Assembly (NCBI RefSeq): GCF_009914755.1
Contig: NC_060925.1
Origin: the human T2T-CHM13v2.0 reference genome, Homo sapiens
Length of the DNA: 64,000 bases
Direction: 5' to 3' (one strand)
Shown here piece by piece: positions 39,961-60,375 of this stretch; the stretch's first letter is position 1, and each line of letters opens with the position of its first letter. A program made the position numbers and the translations under genes. The notes beneath the pieces are model-generated. The model saw only the letters and a list, made by a program, of their open reading frames with translations, ran no database searches and was not told where the DNA came from.

Positions 39961-42096
39961 TAGAAGTCTTTCCTCCTTTCTACGTTCTCCTATCATCAAC
40001 CCAAGGAACAATTTTATGAAAAATTTAATAGTTCCAAACATCCCTCCAAGTTCCAATTATCCTACAAACATTTCTAGTGTGCTACATGCATGGCCCTATG
40101 TGAGACACAAGGATGGATTAAACTTATTCATGCTCTTATGCCTACATCTAGAATAAAATCCTAATATAATAGAAAACTAAGAGAACAAGATTGGCAATTG
40201 GCTCTCATTCTCCACCCTGCCCCTTGAACCAAACTAAAGTTCTGAGAGGGAAAGTGAGACTGGAAAAGCGGGTGAGGCTGGTGGAGAAAAGGCAAGCAAA
40301 CACATCAAAAAACGGAAGTAGAGATGGGTTCCAATATCCTCAAATCAAGTCTACAAAACAGAACCCAGGTAAGTAACAAAATCTGGGAAGTTCCAGACAG
40401 GACTCAATCTCCTCAATGATATTTAAGTCAGGGCATACTGCCACTAGTTGGTGCCACCATATCAGGGATAGCTAGAGATTTCAGCAGTGAAACTCCTGGG
40501 ACTTTACACTAGCTAGCAGATATAATTGTTTCATCCATGATATTGCACTGAATTTTTAGATACCAATTATCTCATTTGGTGAGTTACACTGTATATATAA
40601 GTAAAAAAGAAAATGCTATTTGTACCATGTAAGCATAATAAAATATAGCAGGGGGTGTTTTAAAGGGGAAATTTTTTTTTTCACCTTTGGGGGAAGAGGA
40701 AAATGAAGAAAGGCCATAAAGAAGTGATATACTAGCTGAGCAGATAAGAGGCACAGAACTGGGAGAGAAAGGGTGTTCTAGGACAAGAAAAAAGTCCTGG
40801 AGGGTATAGAGTAAGGAAAGCAAGGGCTTCGGCCTGCAAAGAGCACAGATAACTGAGGGAAGTATATTAAGAGAAGTAGCGAGAGAAAGGAAGCAAAGAC
40901 CTTGAATGCCAGGCTAAAAGGCAAATCTGAAACTGAGAGCCACTGAAATTATTGAGCAAAGAGTGACAAGATCAGAGCTGTTCTTTAATAAAGATTATTT
41001 TGACACTGCTTTGTAAAATGGTTTAGAAAGGGAGGAGAAACTGGAAATGGAGATCCAGTTAAAAAACAGTTCAGATAAGTAATAAAGAGGTCTGAATTAA
41101 GATAGAATAATTAAGATAGCTAATAAGGAATTCTGAATGTAGCAGGTATGCAAATACTTTCTGAATGAATAAATGAATTTGGAATCTGCAACATATTAAC
41201 ATCTCAGTACATTCTAAAAAACTGAATTTAAAAATAACTATTCTTCTTAGCCAGATCTGAGTCCAGGAAATAGCTCAGGTTAGAGTTGTTACTCAAGTCA
41301 CATGGGAATGATTTAAATCTTAGTGACCTTAAATGGATTAATCTCCAGATATGGTAAAGACCATAATGTCCTTTTTCATGCAGAGTCTTTGTAGCCCAAA
41401 GCTCAAATGTGTTTTCACATTTAGTATCTAATTTCTTCATAATAATCTCAGAGAATAGGTTCAGTTATTTCACAGAAGAAAGTCACATGAAAATGATTAG
41501 CCCAAGGACACCATTAGTGTTAATACCAGATTAAAAATTAGAAGAACTCATTGGGTTGACTTTTTAATTAGTTTATTTTTTAATTAATGAAAATTCAAAA
41601 GGTAAAAACAGATATAACCAGGGAAAAGAAAGACAGTTTCCTTTTTATAACAGCCCCATAAAGTATCTCTTGCTTTTGTTACCAATTTCTTTATGTATCC
41701 AGCAGCTGTAAGCACATAAGCACATATCCTGGCTTAATAAATGCACTTGTATGTGTCTTTGTATGCATAGGTCCACTCTTTATTACGCACAATAGGTAGC
41801 TTGGTATACACACTGTTCTGCACCTACCCACTTTGGAGATGAAAAACCTGGCTGATATTAATGCTGATCTTACCCCATGAAGGCCCAAAACATAACCTCT
41901 TAGTGACTAACCCACCAAACCTGTCTAACTTCAAGCCCGGTTCTACTCTGAGGACATTCCTCAATCAAGAAACTGAACACAGGCTGGGCGTGATGGCTCA
42001 CGACTGTAATCCCAGCACTTTGCGAGGTAGGCAGATCACCTGAGGTCAGCCGTTTGAAAACAGCCTGGTCAACATGGTGAAATCCCATCTCTACTA

Positions 42097-42344
<248 letters not shown>

Positions 42345-42659
42345 TCAAGGTACAGGACAGAGAAAATGATCAGAGGTCAATCAATGATATGGTTGATCAC
42401 TAACACTATTTTGCATGTTCAGTGCCTACTCATTTTAGAGTAAGCTTTTGTGTAAAATGATCCATTGCAGACACCATCTACTTTTTAAAAGGATACTACA
42501 TAGACTATATTTAGAGGGAATTAAAAATTGGAATGACGATAGAATAAGAGAGGTAAAAATAATTTAAATATCTATTATTTTAGAGGAAAAATAATATTAA
42601 ATTTTGCAATGAATCTACAGAAAAAGCATATGCATTTTGGAAATAATTATTCAACTTAC

Positions 42660-42726
42660 TTTGCAGAATACATTTGTGAGGTATAATCATTGGATGAGCG
42701 AGGGATGTAATCGGTGCATGTCATAA
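42660..42726 (-). CDS. EYA3: EYA3 exon 5, IMTCTDYIPRSSNDYTSQMYSA(K)
   Basis: ctttcag|TTATG...GCAAA|gtaagt; 67 nt. Confidence 0.96.
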
Positions 42727-43984
42727 CTGAAAGAAAGATAATATCACCAGGTTAAAAAGTTAGAACATTTCGAAAATGGAATGGGAAAACTGCACATCTC
42801 ACTGTATAGTCTTTCAAACTAATTAACAGAATACAGCTTGGACACCAGATAGAAAGACTATGTGGTAGAAAATATCTCACTTTTTTGTTTATACATGTGT
42901 TTATAGACTTCCAGAGGCAGTTAAAAAAAGAAGGGTGGGGTATGGAAAAGAGCTGAAGGTTGGTAAGGATCTCTACCTTTACCCATTACTGATCTAAAAT
43001 AATAGATGAAGCAACCTTCTAAGCTTTCGGCTATGCTGATAGGCAAACTTAAAAAGCAAGCTTTATGTCTGGAAAACCACATTATTCTACTTCAGCTTAT
43101 TTGTTCTTTGAGTGCTTACTATATTGAGTAAAAGCCTTAAGAATGACTTGCAGGAAAACAGATTTGGGGGAGGCACCCAATCTTATTTTAAAACCACTGC
43201 TACTGCTATGCATAATCAACAGCAGAATAGATGCAAGTATGCTTCTATACTATTATTTTTTCTGTTTTGTAGTGAAGGCTTTAAGTTTGGCAAATCACAG
43301 ACAGACGTGAGGAACTGATGTGATACTCTGATGAACTCTCAAAGACTTTTCCAGCTATTGTCCTCTTGACCCCCATGACTTCATCTGGAATAGCTGCTAT
43401 GAAGGCTTGACTCTCATGATTACTACTTCTGGTATGAACGCTGTAAATATCTGATTAAAAGTGAACCAATTAACTTTATGTCTAATTAGGTTCCCTGGAA
43501 GAGTACCTGACCCAAAAAGAGAACCTTGATCAAAAGTAGATGAGGGGCCAACTCAAATGCTCAAGAGTAAGACAAATCAACACCTGTGAGTTTATTACAG
43601 AAGAGCTTGTCCAATGCTATTGTTTGAGGTATTTAAAAATAATTATTGGAGATCACATTCACCTCTAATCATTTTGACAAAAATGAAGATGTCAATTAGA
43701 TCTAAAGTTTTGACAATCCATTGCAAAGAATGTAAGGTAAGTTTATTTGAATTCTACATAATGGTTCTCAGTTGACACATATATTAAAAAACCCAAACCC
43801 TTATCTTCCTCCAATTTAATTTAATTCTGGAAGGAATCAACAACATCCTAGGAGACTGAGGCCAATTTTCACTTCTCTAGAGAATGAATGAGACTTGATC
43901 TTCACAGTACTTGGGAACCACAAAATGATTATAAAGAGTCAAGATATAATATCCATTATACTATAGAAGAATCAAGTAAGTAAT

Positions 43985-45465
<1,481 letters not shown>

Positions 45466-45814
45466 TCAAATGAACCAAAGTTTTTATTTATTTTATTTTA
45501 TTTTATTTTTTGTAGCGAGGAGGTCTCACTTTGTTGCCCAGGCTGATCTCAAACTCCTGGCCTCAGGTGATCCTCCTGCCTCAGACTCCCAAAGTGTTGG
45601 GATTACAGACAAGATCCACCATGCCCAGTTGAACCAAAGTATTTGAAGGAAAAAAGGAAATTATTTGGAAGGAGCAAGAATACTCAACTTACTTCCTGAC
45701 CCTGAAGTATGTAAAGTATAAGATTTTAGGGAACAGGTCTTTTTCTTGGGGATGAGTGGGAAATTCAAGAAATTAGAGGAGACACTTTACAAATTAGAGT
45801 GGTTTTCCACAAAA

Positions 45815-45985
45815 TGGACAGTTTCCCAATGGACCAGAATCACCTGGCTAACTTGTCAAAAATGCAGATTCCCTATCCACATCAGATCTACTGAATGATA
45901 ATCTTTGGAGGTGAAACTAGAATTCTACATTACAAACAAGTATTCTAGATGATTCTTATGTAGGCTAAAGGTCTGAGAACCACCA
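45815..45985. mobile_element. MER5-type DNA transposon
   Basis: cagaatcacctgg..aaaaatgcagattccc..ctactgaat..gatgattcttatg..ctgagaaccac. Confidence 0.75.
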
Positions 45986-46391
45986 GAATAGAATCACCTT
46001 TGAGGAAACACTATATAGAACTCAAGACACACCTTTTAAAAAAAAGTTACACCTTTTTAAAAAATATACATGGGAAGTATATATGGTTAAGTATAGTTGT
46101 CTCTGATTTTCTGTAAGACACTATTACCTTTAAAACATCCAATCTCAAAACAAAAATAAAATCACGGCGTGTGACTCCTTGGGTGAGTGGACTCCATGTG
46201 ATCTTTTCTCAGCTGGTCTGTCAATAAAGCTTACAGGAGGGCTCAAGGATAAACACACACAAAAACAAGGATGGGAGAGCCTTCAGGATATTTTGGGACA
46301 AACAAGGCAATTACGAAAAACCAACTCTATAAGAAAAGCATTACTAGTTATAGGAATATCTGTTCAATCATGCACAGAATATGGTACTTAC

Positions 46392-46471
46392 TTTCCTCTG
46401 ACATGGGAAGGTTTGAAGCAAGGCTTGATGTTTCAGGCTTCTGATCACTGACATCTGGATTGCTTACTTGA
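46392..46471 (-). CDS. EYA3: EYA3 exon 4, QVSNPDVSDQKPETSSLASNLPMSEE
   Basis: ttctcccag|TCAAG...GGAAA|gtaagt; 80 nt; phases fit neighbours. Confidence 0.96.
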
Positions 46472-46647
46472 CTGGGAGAACCAAAATGAATACATTAGCC
46501 CCTGATTGATTTGCTGCATTGCTAAAAAGTGATGAGTTCAAACCCATTTCCTCCTAGGCTATATAAGTAAGAGGCAAAGTAAATCTTCGTGATATCCTTA
46601 TTGTTGATTTTTAACAACTACTTGAAGAGAGCTCGGGCCAGGGCTAG

Positions 46648-46884
<237 letters not shown>

Positions 46885-47363
46885 TGAACTCCTGACCTTG
46901 TGATCCACCCACCTCAGCCTCCCAAAGTGCTGGGATTACAGGTGTGAGCCACCACGCCCAGTCTACTGTTCTTTCTTATATCTCTAGATCCCTTTAGTTT
47001 TTATATAATTCAGAAATTCCAGCTAAGTCACTGGCAAGTCAGATTTTTCTTTAACACCATATGGTAAAACATTGCTCTGCCACTTTTTATTATATGTTTA
47101 TGGGGTACAATGTGATGTTTTGATATATAAAACACCTTTTGCTTTTTTGTGAAAAAAAAAACAAAAACGTGAAAACACTTAAGTTCTATGCTTTTAGCAA
47201 TTCTGAAATATACAATGCTATATTATTTATTACAGTCACCATTCTGTGCAACAGTGCTCTGTTACCTTGCTCCCAAAGTACCACAGGAAGGTAGGGAGAC
47301 GTTTGATTTCAGACAGTGGTTCTTGATCAGCTACAAACCATAATCATATGAGAAGTGTTTTCA

Positions 47364-47549
<186 letters not shown>

Positions 47550-48029
47550 TCAGGAGGCTGAGGCCTGAGAATTACCTGAACTCAGGAGGCAGAAGTTGCA
47601 GTGATTGGAGATGGCACTACTGCACTCCTGCCTAGGCGACACAGTGAGACTCTGTCTCAAAAACAAAACAAACAAACAAACAAACAAACAAAAATTATAC
47701 GTTTGTTTCCAAGCGGGGGTTCTAAACCCTTAAGATTCATTCTACTATATTTCTCTTATCTCCCAGTTAAATAAAACACAAACACCTCATTTTCTATTTG
47801 TTATATAGCCAGGACTAAGCAACATCATTTTTTTTAACTTATAAGGAAAATTAAGAGAAATTGAGAATGATAAGTCACATAAACTGGGAGGACAAGTCAT
47901 TATGTTAGATAGTTTAATGCTGGGGAGATTCCACAGAAATTCTGGAATGAAGATTGTTCTAACTTTCATTCTTCAAAATGTTCTCTCTTTTCCATCTCCT
48001 CTACTTTTCATTCTTCAGTTATTATGTCC

Positions 48030-48280
48030 CATTATAGCACAGTGGTTAGGAGTGTTGATTCTAGAGTCAGAGGCTGCTCAAGTTCATATTCTATTCTGCC
48101 AATAACTAGCCCTATGACCTTGGACAAGTCACTGAACTTATCTGTTCCCCGCTTTCTACATCCGTCAACGAGAATAAAAATGAAACCTACCTCATAGGGC
48201 TGTCAGGAGGACTAATAAGTTTACATTTAGAGCAAAGCTAGAACACAGTAAGCACACTTTAACTGTAACTGTTATTATAT
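48030..48280. mobile_element. MIR
   Basis: gtggttaggagt..ctagagtcaga..tgaccttggacaagtcactgaac..acctacctcatagggctgt. Confidence 0.8.
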
Positions 48281-49694
48281 TACAACTTCTTCAAAGCCCA
48301 GGCATCATTCCTACATTCATGCACCCTAGAAAGAAGCTTGCTTTGTTCTTCTACTCTCTAGGGAGAGGTGGAAGACACTGTACCAGAGGTTCTATATATC
48401 TGGAAAGATAATGCTGACTAATCAAAGGTAAGAGTAGTTTCTACACAGCAAAATTGTAAAAAGAAATGTTGCTTATATAAAAAATATATAGCACAAAATT
48501 TATAAAGTTCTCGTATCATTTCTGAAACTGACTTCTAATATTCAAGTATAATAAGGGTTTTTTTTAAATGGTATATATTTTTTGTTTGGTTGGTTTTTGT
48601 TTTGTTTTTTTGAGTCAGGGTCTCACTCGGTCACCCAGGCTGGAGTGCAGTGGCTCGATCATGGCTCCTGCAGCTTTGACCTCCCGGGCTCAAGTGATCT
48701 TCCTACCTCATCCTCCGAAGTAGCTGGGACTACAGGCATGTGCCACAACACCCAGCTAATTTTTGTAATTTTTGTAGAGATAGGGTTTCATCATGTTGCC
48801 CAAGCTGGTCTCAAACTCCTGGTCTCAAGCAATCCGTCCACCTCAGCATCCAAAGTGCTGGAATTACAGGTGTGAGCCACAGTGTCCAGCTTTAATGGTA
48901 TATTTTGAATGTTCAAATAATTTTTCCTCATTTGTAATTAATTTTAAAGCTAAATCCCCAAGTAAGGTTCATTTTTATCTTGTTACTCAAATGTTTATAT
49001 TTTTGTAATAGAACTTAATGTACTAAGATGTGATTATGGAAATTGAAGGGTAAGGGCAAGAAATTATATGGAATAGTTGTGTCAGTTTCCCAAACTGGGT
49101 GATTTATTATAATTACCTGAATAGTTAATAAAAATAGACTTCTGGACCCCATCTCACACCTACTTACATAGAATTACCAGGGGAAGGGCATAAAACTGAA
49201 CCAGAATTTTCCTGACATCAATAACTAGTTTGACTTCTACATGTACCTGGTTAAGTATGAGGTTCACTGTTATACCCACTGTTGAAGACTATTTGTAGAT
49301 CTTATATTTTAGAAGTTGGTGATATTGCTATGATCCAGTATCCACTGGACCAGTTCCTAAAACCCAATGGTCCTAGAATATTATGTTATAGCAACATCCC
49401 CTACATACTCAACTGAGCATCTAGAGAATAAATAGAAACAACAGCACCAAGACAGTGAGTTAACTCTAGCACTTGTTAAATATTTAAATTATTATCCTTA
49501 GAGAAATGACATACTGCCTCAAAATATAATTATTTTCAAAGTTATATAAACATAAATTTTGCTTAACAATGAATACACCATGAAAAAACAACTGCTCTAA
49601 AATAAAATGACCAAAAAAACCCAACAACATCCAAGTCCATAAAGTGGCACAACAAATACCTCCTTCTCATTCAACAGAACTATTAACAACACAA

Positions 49695-50097
49695 ACAACA
49701 GATGAATGGATAAAGAAAATGCGGAACAGACATACAATGGAGTATTATTGAGCCTTAAAAAGAGGAAATTCTGACACATGCTACAAATGGATAGACCTTA
49801 AAGACATCATGATGAATCACAAAAGGACAAATACTGTATGACTCCATTTCTGTGAGGTACTTAGAGCAGTCACAATCATGCAGACAGAAAGTAGAATGGT
49901 GGTTGCCAGGAGCTGGAGATGGGGGAGTGGAGAATATTGTTTAGTGAACATGGAATTTCAGTTTGGAAAGATGAATAAAGTTCTAGAGATGAATGGTAGT
50001 GATGGTTGCAAGACAAAGTGATTGTACTTAGTGCCACTAAACTGTACACTTAAAATGGTAAATTGTATATTGTGTGTATTTTATCATAGTAAAAAAA
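49695..50097 (+). mobile_element. L1MB-like 3' end
   Basis: acagatgaatggataaagaaaatg...cagacagaaagtagaatggtggttgccagg...ctgtacacttaaaatggtaaa. Confidence 0.85.
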
Positions 50098-50808
50098 TTG
50101 CTGAAGGTAAAAGAAGAGATAATTGCAGGAAAAGATGAAGGTGATGGGTTCTTTCAAACAACTGGAGAGGTTAGCCTTCGATAAGAGCAAGGGAATTTCA
50201 GAGGAAAGATAAACAATATCCAAGAGAAGCAGATTAAGTAGGTTGATTTGGTGAGAGAAGGGAGATGTTCCTAATCTCTCTTTGAACTAGGGAGCAAGAT
50301 CCACAGCTGAGTGAATGGAAATAGCAGGAAAGGGAGGGAAAAGGGAGAAGGTAGGGGGCAAGGAGGGAGGGAATAAAGGAATTAAGATGATTTTAGAGGC
50401 TGGGAAATCAGACATACCAGGAAGGGGGACTAAGTGCCTGTTTTAGATCTTATCATGAATAGAAACTAGGAACAGTTAGCACAATTTTGTGTTTTTCTCT
50501 CACGATGTACAAGTGATTGGGAATAAGTACAGAATAGGTGGATAGTTGGGTTTAATCAGGGTTGTGGTTTTGCTAGGCAAGTATGACAGAAAAAAGTGAG
50601 GAAGTTAAGAATGTTTGTAAGGGACTAATTACAGTAGATCTTATAGTTAAGTTTATTTTTCTTTCTTTTTTTTTTTTTTAAATGAGACAGCATCTTGCTC
50701 TGCCACCAACCCAGGATGGAGTTCAGTGGCGCAATCTTGGCTCACCACAACTTCTGGCCCCTGGGCTCAAGCAATCCTCCTGCCTCAGCCCCGAGTAGCT
50801 GGGACTAA

Positions 50809-51168
<360 letters not shown>

Positions 51169-51419
51169 TAAGGAAGAAACTAAAGTTCTTTTTAAGGGGT
51201 GATGGTGAAAAGATGACAGATGATTTAATTGATAGTTTAAGACATCATATGGCTAGCATGGCAGTTCTAGAATAAATGAGCCGGGATGATAGTGTGTGGA
51301 GGTAAAAGTGTAGGATTCTTGAAATTAATGTGGTAGAGGTGATGCAGTTACTGGCTCATATGGTTGGTGCACAAACGACAGAAGGTAAGAACTGTGGAAA
51401 ACTGAAAACCATGGTATGA

Positions 51420-51584
<165 letters not shown>

Positions 51585-52204
51585 TGAGTAGCTGGGACCA
51601 CAGGCGCCCGCCAACACGCCCGGTTAATAATTTTGTATTTTTAGTAGAGACGGGGTTTCACCGTGTTAGCCAGGATGGTCTCGATCTCCTGACCTCGTGA
51701 TCTGCCCGCCTCAGCCTCCCAAAGTGCTGGGATTACAGGCGTGAGCGACCGTGCCAGGCGCAAGCTTCCTCTTTTCTATAAGAGGAGTGGGGTTAATGAC
51801 TAAGTCATTTCATAACCATTTGGTAATTAATACCAAATCTCTTGGATTTTATTTATTTCGCTTATGCTTCCTATTCTGTATATTGTACGTCTGACTGAAG
51901 AATATGGTGCTTTTCATCTTTACCATTAAGTCTCCTCTATGTAGCACAGTGCCTGATATACAACATGAGTTTGGTACATATTGTTGAATAAATAATGAAT
52001 GCATAAGAACAAATCAGTGCACAAGTTTCAGGAAAAAACTATTTGGAAAGGAAATTTTAATCTTAAACCAAATAATTTCAAAATGTAACAGCTGATGGTA
52101 AGAACCAAAAAGAGGGCAAAGCATGCCCATACGCTAATCAGCATGTGAAAAAAAAAAACAAAACTTATGAGTAGTTCATTAAAAAGAAAGCAAACTTTAC
52201 ATAC

Positions 52205-52248
52205 CTTATAGTTTGCTCTCCTGATTCCTGCATCTTGGCTTTTTTCAC
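52205..52248 (-). CDS. EYA3: EYA3 exon 3, VKKAKMQESGEQTI(S)
   Basis: ttttgcag|GTGAAA...ATAAG|gtatgt; 44 nt. Confidence 0.96.
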
Positions 52249-53259
52249 CTGCAAAAATAAATATACAAAGGTATCAATGTACTTGATCTGTTTTTTAAAT
52301 CATTTAGCTACTCAAACAACAGGCTATTAACTATTACAGGATAACTGTTTAATTTTGTTTAGTCTAGATTTAATTAACCCTTGTTATATTTTAGAGCTAG
52401 AAATGAAGTTTGTTTTTTAAATGGAGCTCTTCTTTTTAATGAAAAAAGTGTTCTTCTGATTAAAAAAAAACTGTTTACCAGAATTTTTACTCAAGGTAGA
52501 CAGAATGTTTACTAGGATAAAGTATCCAAGCTTTGATACAAACTAGTTGGTTTTATACTGTAACAGGCAAATTATATTTAAACAAACAGTAAAGATGGGA
52601 ATCTAAGTATCATCTACTCATTTATTTAACAAAAATGGCTTTATACTTAAGTTAGTTTAGTGTCAAAAATTAATATGAATTCTTATCAGGTTACCAGTAA
52701 TTTAGAAAATATTGTTAACCCTGTATTTTTTCTTTTCATATTTCACATTTTCTATTTCCTTCTGGGGAGAAGGCACTTCCATTGAAACAGTGTAAGAATC
52801 CACAAATGAAAGATAATGGTTAATACTAATGGATTTTTCTGTTTTCATATTACAGAGAATCTGATTTTAGAACTCTCTGGTTAGAACTGGTTGTAGTAGA
52901 AACATGTCTAATATGCTTAGCCATTCAAATTATGAATATTTAAAAGTATTTCAAGCTAATAGAAGAAGGCAGAAACTCTCCTAGATAATTTGAAGCAAGC
53001 GTATCAGGTGGAATCATAGATATTTAATATTACATTGACTATTTCAGACAAGGTAAATAATACAGGCAAGCCCCATAAAATTTGTCGTGGCCATATACTC
53101 CTCATGAGAATACACAACCATGACCAGACATTCTTGGTTCCTTGCTTATGGCATGTCAAAATGTGTTCCATTCAATGTTCTCTTAATTTTCATAGTTACC
53201 AAAAAGGAGAAAATAAAGAAACAAAGGCAATTTAAAAAAACATTTCTAAATTTGAAACA

Positions 53260-53600
53260 AAAATTACATTAAAGCATTTGAAGCAAAAACAAAAAACGAA
53301 ACCTTGAGGTGGGCAAATCCTGATTAAGCATGACATTAAATCCAAAAGCCATAAAGGAGAAAATAGATATGATTACACAAAAATTTTAAACTTCTATATG
53401 ATAAAAGACACCATAAAACAACCAGGAGGTTGAGGGATTCCAGGATAGTATGCAGACTGTGACAAAAAAATCTAACTGTATTACCAATGTATACGACTAT
53501 CTCACTGAAAGAGGTGAGGGAAATATGATCTGACCTAGATAATATAGGAAAACAGTGTTTTGCCTGGAAACTATAAGGCTAAAGACAAGAAAAATTCAAC
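53260..53600 (+). mobile_element. Old L1 fragments
   Basis: ccaaaagccataaaggagaaaatagat...; gagggattccagga..gcagactgtgacaaaa..tctaactgtattac. Confidence 0.6.
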
Positions 53601-53984
53601 TATCTAGTTTATCTGCCTGCCATAATTTCACAAATGACAAAATATAGCCTTTTTTTATAAAATGTTCTGCCCTTCCTACCTAAAGATGATAGTAGTTACA
53701 TATGGTCAGATAATAATATATTCTTCCAATAGTGGAGATGAATTTATGCTTAGCTCATCCAAAGACTCTTTGCTATCAAAGAAATGTAATTACGAGCTGG
53801 TTGGCTGAGTAACCAAAACAGTCTATACTCTTCAAACAGTAATTTAAACAAAGAAAATTAGAGCACTGAGGAGTCTAACTTATCATAGTCTTCATTTTAT
53901 TAGAGGTATAGAGCAACAAATTTAGTTAATCAACTCCAAAAGAAAAAAGGATTTAAAAAAAAGGTCCTGGAGCAACATTTTTAA

Positions 53985-54260
<276 letters not shown>

Positions 54261-54994
54261 TGATCCGTCCACCTTGGTCTCCCAAAGTGCTGGGATTACA
54301 GGCGTGAGCCACTGCGCCTGGCCAAAAATTTATTTACTTTCAAGGAAGAATTATGCTTCTTTACGCTCCTTCATTTTTAATTTATTACCGTGCCAACCCA
54401 GTGCAGAGTATATATTCATAAATAGAAAGGGAGAAAATGTATCTAAAGTCATATCTACCAAGCAGAAAAGTCTGGGGAAGGAAAGGGTGTTACAATGTTT
54501 TTTTTGTTTTGTTTTGTTTTTAACCTCATATGGCCCATTGTTTGTCTTGATTTGAGCAATTATGCCCCCCTCTAAGGCAGGGATAGGAAGCATGTACTAA
54601 CTAGGCAGTAGAGGCAGGTAAATTAACTAAAGAAGACAGACAGATTTTACTCAATTATAGAAGTATCAGTTCAAACAATACAAGCTAGAAACTGACAGAA
54701 AATGATTCCTGGTTGTTAAGAGAAATAGCAAAGATTGAGCAACAATTTTCTGGAGAGTTTACAGAGTAACATAGTACTTGCAATAATGAATACTGAAAAC
54801 TACACAGCAAAGTGAGCAAAGATTCAAGTAGCAACCAGTCCTACAGAGAACAATTTTCATTAACAAAACCAGTATAGATTATACAAGCAGCTGGTATCCA
54901 AGGAATTGGGGCCATACCAGGACAGTAGTAGGACAGTAATACAAGCTGCCAGGAAGTAAGAAAGCAATAAAGCTGAAAAAGCTCCGTTAGGGTT

Positions 54995-57153
<2,159 letters not shown>

Positions 57154-58440
57154 ATGACATAATCCTATGGGCATATAATGGCTAATGATAACACAAAAAG
57201 AAAGAAGCACTGACAAATTCATAAATCAGCATTCTATTTTTGCTTCTGCTACAATGTATAATCACACTTTAAATATAACACAGCAAGGAAACAAAAAACC
57301 CAGTATACAAATTCAGAATATCCAGGCTCAAGGCTAAGTTCTGAGAGTTAATTCACTGCGTGTCTTTTCTGTATCTGTTTCTTCACCTGTAAAAAAGAAG
57401 ATACAACTACCTACTTCATAGGGCTCATGTTTCAACAGCAGGAAACAGCAGCATTAACAGTACAAGGATGCTGGTTGAATAAACTTAAGGATGTGCACTG
57501 TTAACATAATATGTAAAGATGAAATTTAAACAGGAAAAGAGTGAACTGCTTATGAAAAACAAAGCGCTATGTAATTGTTAAATTTTAGTGTTATTACCAT
57601 AGACAGCAAGAACAAAGTTGAATCCCAGAAATTTCAAGACAGGCTTAAGAAACAGGACTCTCTAGTTAAGAAAATTGTATTAAGCATCTCAAATGTCATT
57701 CTGAAATTACTCTGTGATGACTTACAAGTAATGGCTATGAAGGTTTAAACAAGAGGCAAAAGCATGCTAGTGCTAGGTAAATTGTAATCTTGGCAATAAT
57801 AAATATAATGGTAGGGTAAAAGTCGTCATGGAGACTATAAAAAGGATGTTTATGTCAAGATTTATCCAACACTGTCCAACAAACAGAAGGACACTGTTCT
57901 GTTTACTAAAAAGTCATATTCCATATGCTAGAGGGGTAAAGGGTTTGATCATAACCTAGATGAAATTTCACACAAAAAACAATTTAATGCCATTTTCATT
58001 GACTGTGCTTACTAATAGCTATCTAATTATTAATTTGACTTCAAGAACTTAACATAAGGAAAGCAGGACCTAGAGAGGGAGGTAAGCATTCCAAATTATT
58101 AGAGAGGTAAATATTTATGGCAGAGACAACTTCCTGTTCTACCACTGCATGTTAGGTGTGACTTCTGATGGAGGCAAAAAAATCTTTTTGTCTTCTCTAT
58201 CAAGAAGAGTAATCTACAAAATGTAAACAATAGCATACCTAAATTTTTCAAAAAGAGTTTATTCCCATATTTATAAGCAAGCACCTCAATTATTTTAAAT
58301 AAGTTCTAACCCTCCAGATTCACAGAAGCTTTATCCCATAGACCTGTAACTTAACAAACATGATTGCTAAACCAGTGTTTATCATCTCTGAAAAATCACA
58401 GAGAATAAGAGAGGTGCTTGAAACAGAATATAAAGAAATG

Positions 58441-59594
<1,154 letters not shown>

Positions 59595-59879
59595 TGAACA
59601 AAATCTTGAGGTAGAGCTAGCAATTAGTGGAGAAATAAGAGAAGGGATAATTCAATAAGGAAGAGTCAAGAAGAGACAATGGGATTAAAATAACTTCAAT
59701 AATAACGACCATCAGTAACATCTCTAGGATTAAAAATATTGGCTTTATCATCAACTTGGGATGGGACCATTCTTTCCACTCATATTTTAGATCTCCACTA
59801 CAGCCTGTGAAAAGCTTTTTTTTTTTACCTCAAAATGTGTCATTACTCTTCCTGTTCTATTTTAAACATTAATAAGTAT

Positions 59880-60375
59880 TGTGTTTTCATAGATTCTGTA
59901 TTTGTCTGTTTGACATCCATTAATTACAGAGCCAAACTCAAGGCCAAACTTGTTTTTTATCTCCCCTGAGATCCAGTGCCCATACTCTGAACCACCTCCT
60001 TTATCTAACTCTCACACACTAAGCCCCTATTTCTCCTGCCCTAAATCATAAATCAACCCAGGACAAAGTACCACCAGAAAACCAGGGATAGTCCACAGGC
60101 CACAAAGCCTGAAGAATTATTCAAACTAGTCAACGCTAAGCTGTTTACCCTGCCTACCTTGCTTTTCCTGTGGAAACCTCATTAAGTCTGTGGCCCGTGC
60201 CTTCCTCCCACTCTTTTTTGCCTCCTGACCAACAGTGGTACTTCCCCCGTGTGGCATGCTATGCCTCTTGTTTCAAGGGGAACTATGAGTAAACACTCAA
60301 CTTTTCTTTCAGTGGCACTGATCTCTCCATGTCGTCATTCAATCACCTTTTTATATTAAGATCTGGGCATAAATC
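59880..60375 (+). mobile_element. Probable solo LTR, ERVL class (MER73/MER74-like)
   Basis: ~500 bp TG...CA-bounded segment with aattattcaaactag..ctaagctgtttaccctgcc..ttttcctgtggaaacc motifs recalled from this LTR group; family call uncertain. Confidence 0.55.

Noticed and set aside
41830-41965. Short stretch with faint resemblance to mitochondrial tRNA-Thr (ggagatgaaaa..., aggaca)
   Set aside because: Match is only a few words and no cloverleaf can be built; a NUMT cannot be supported without a search
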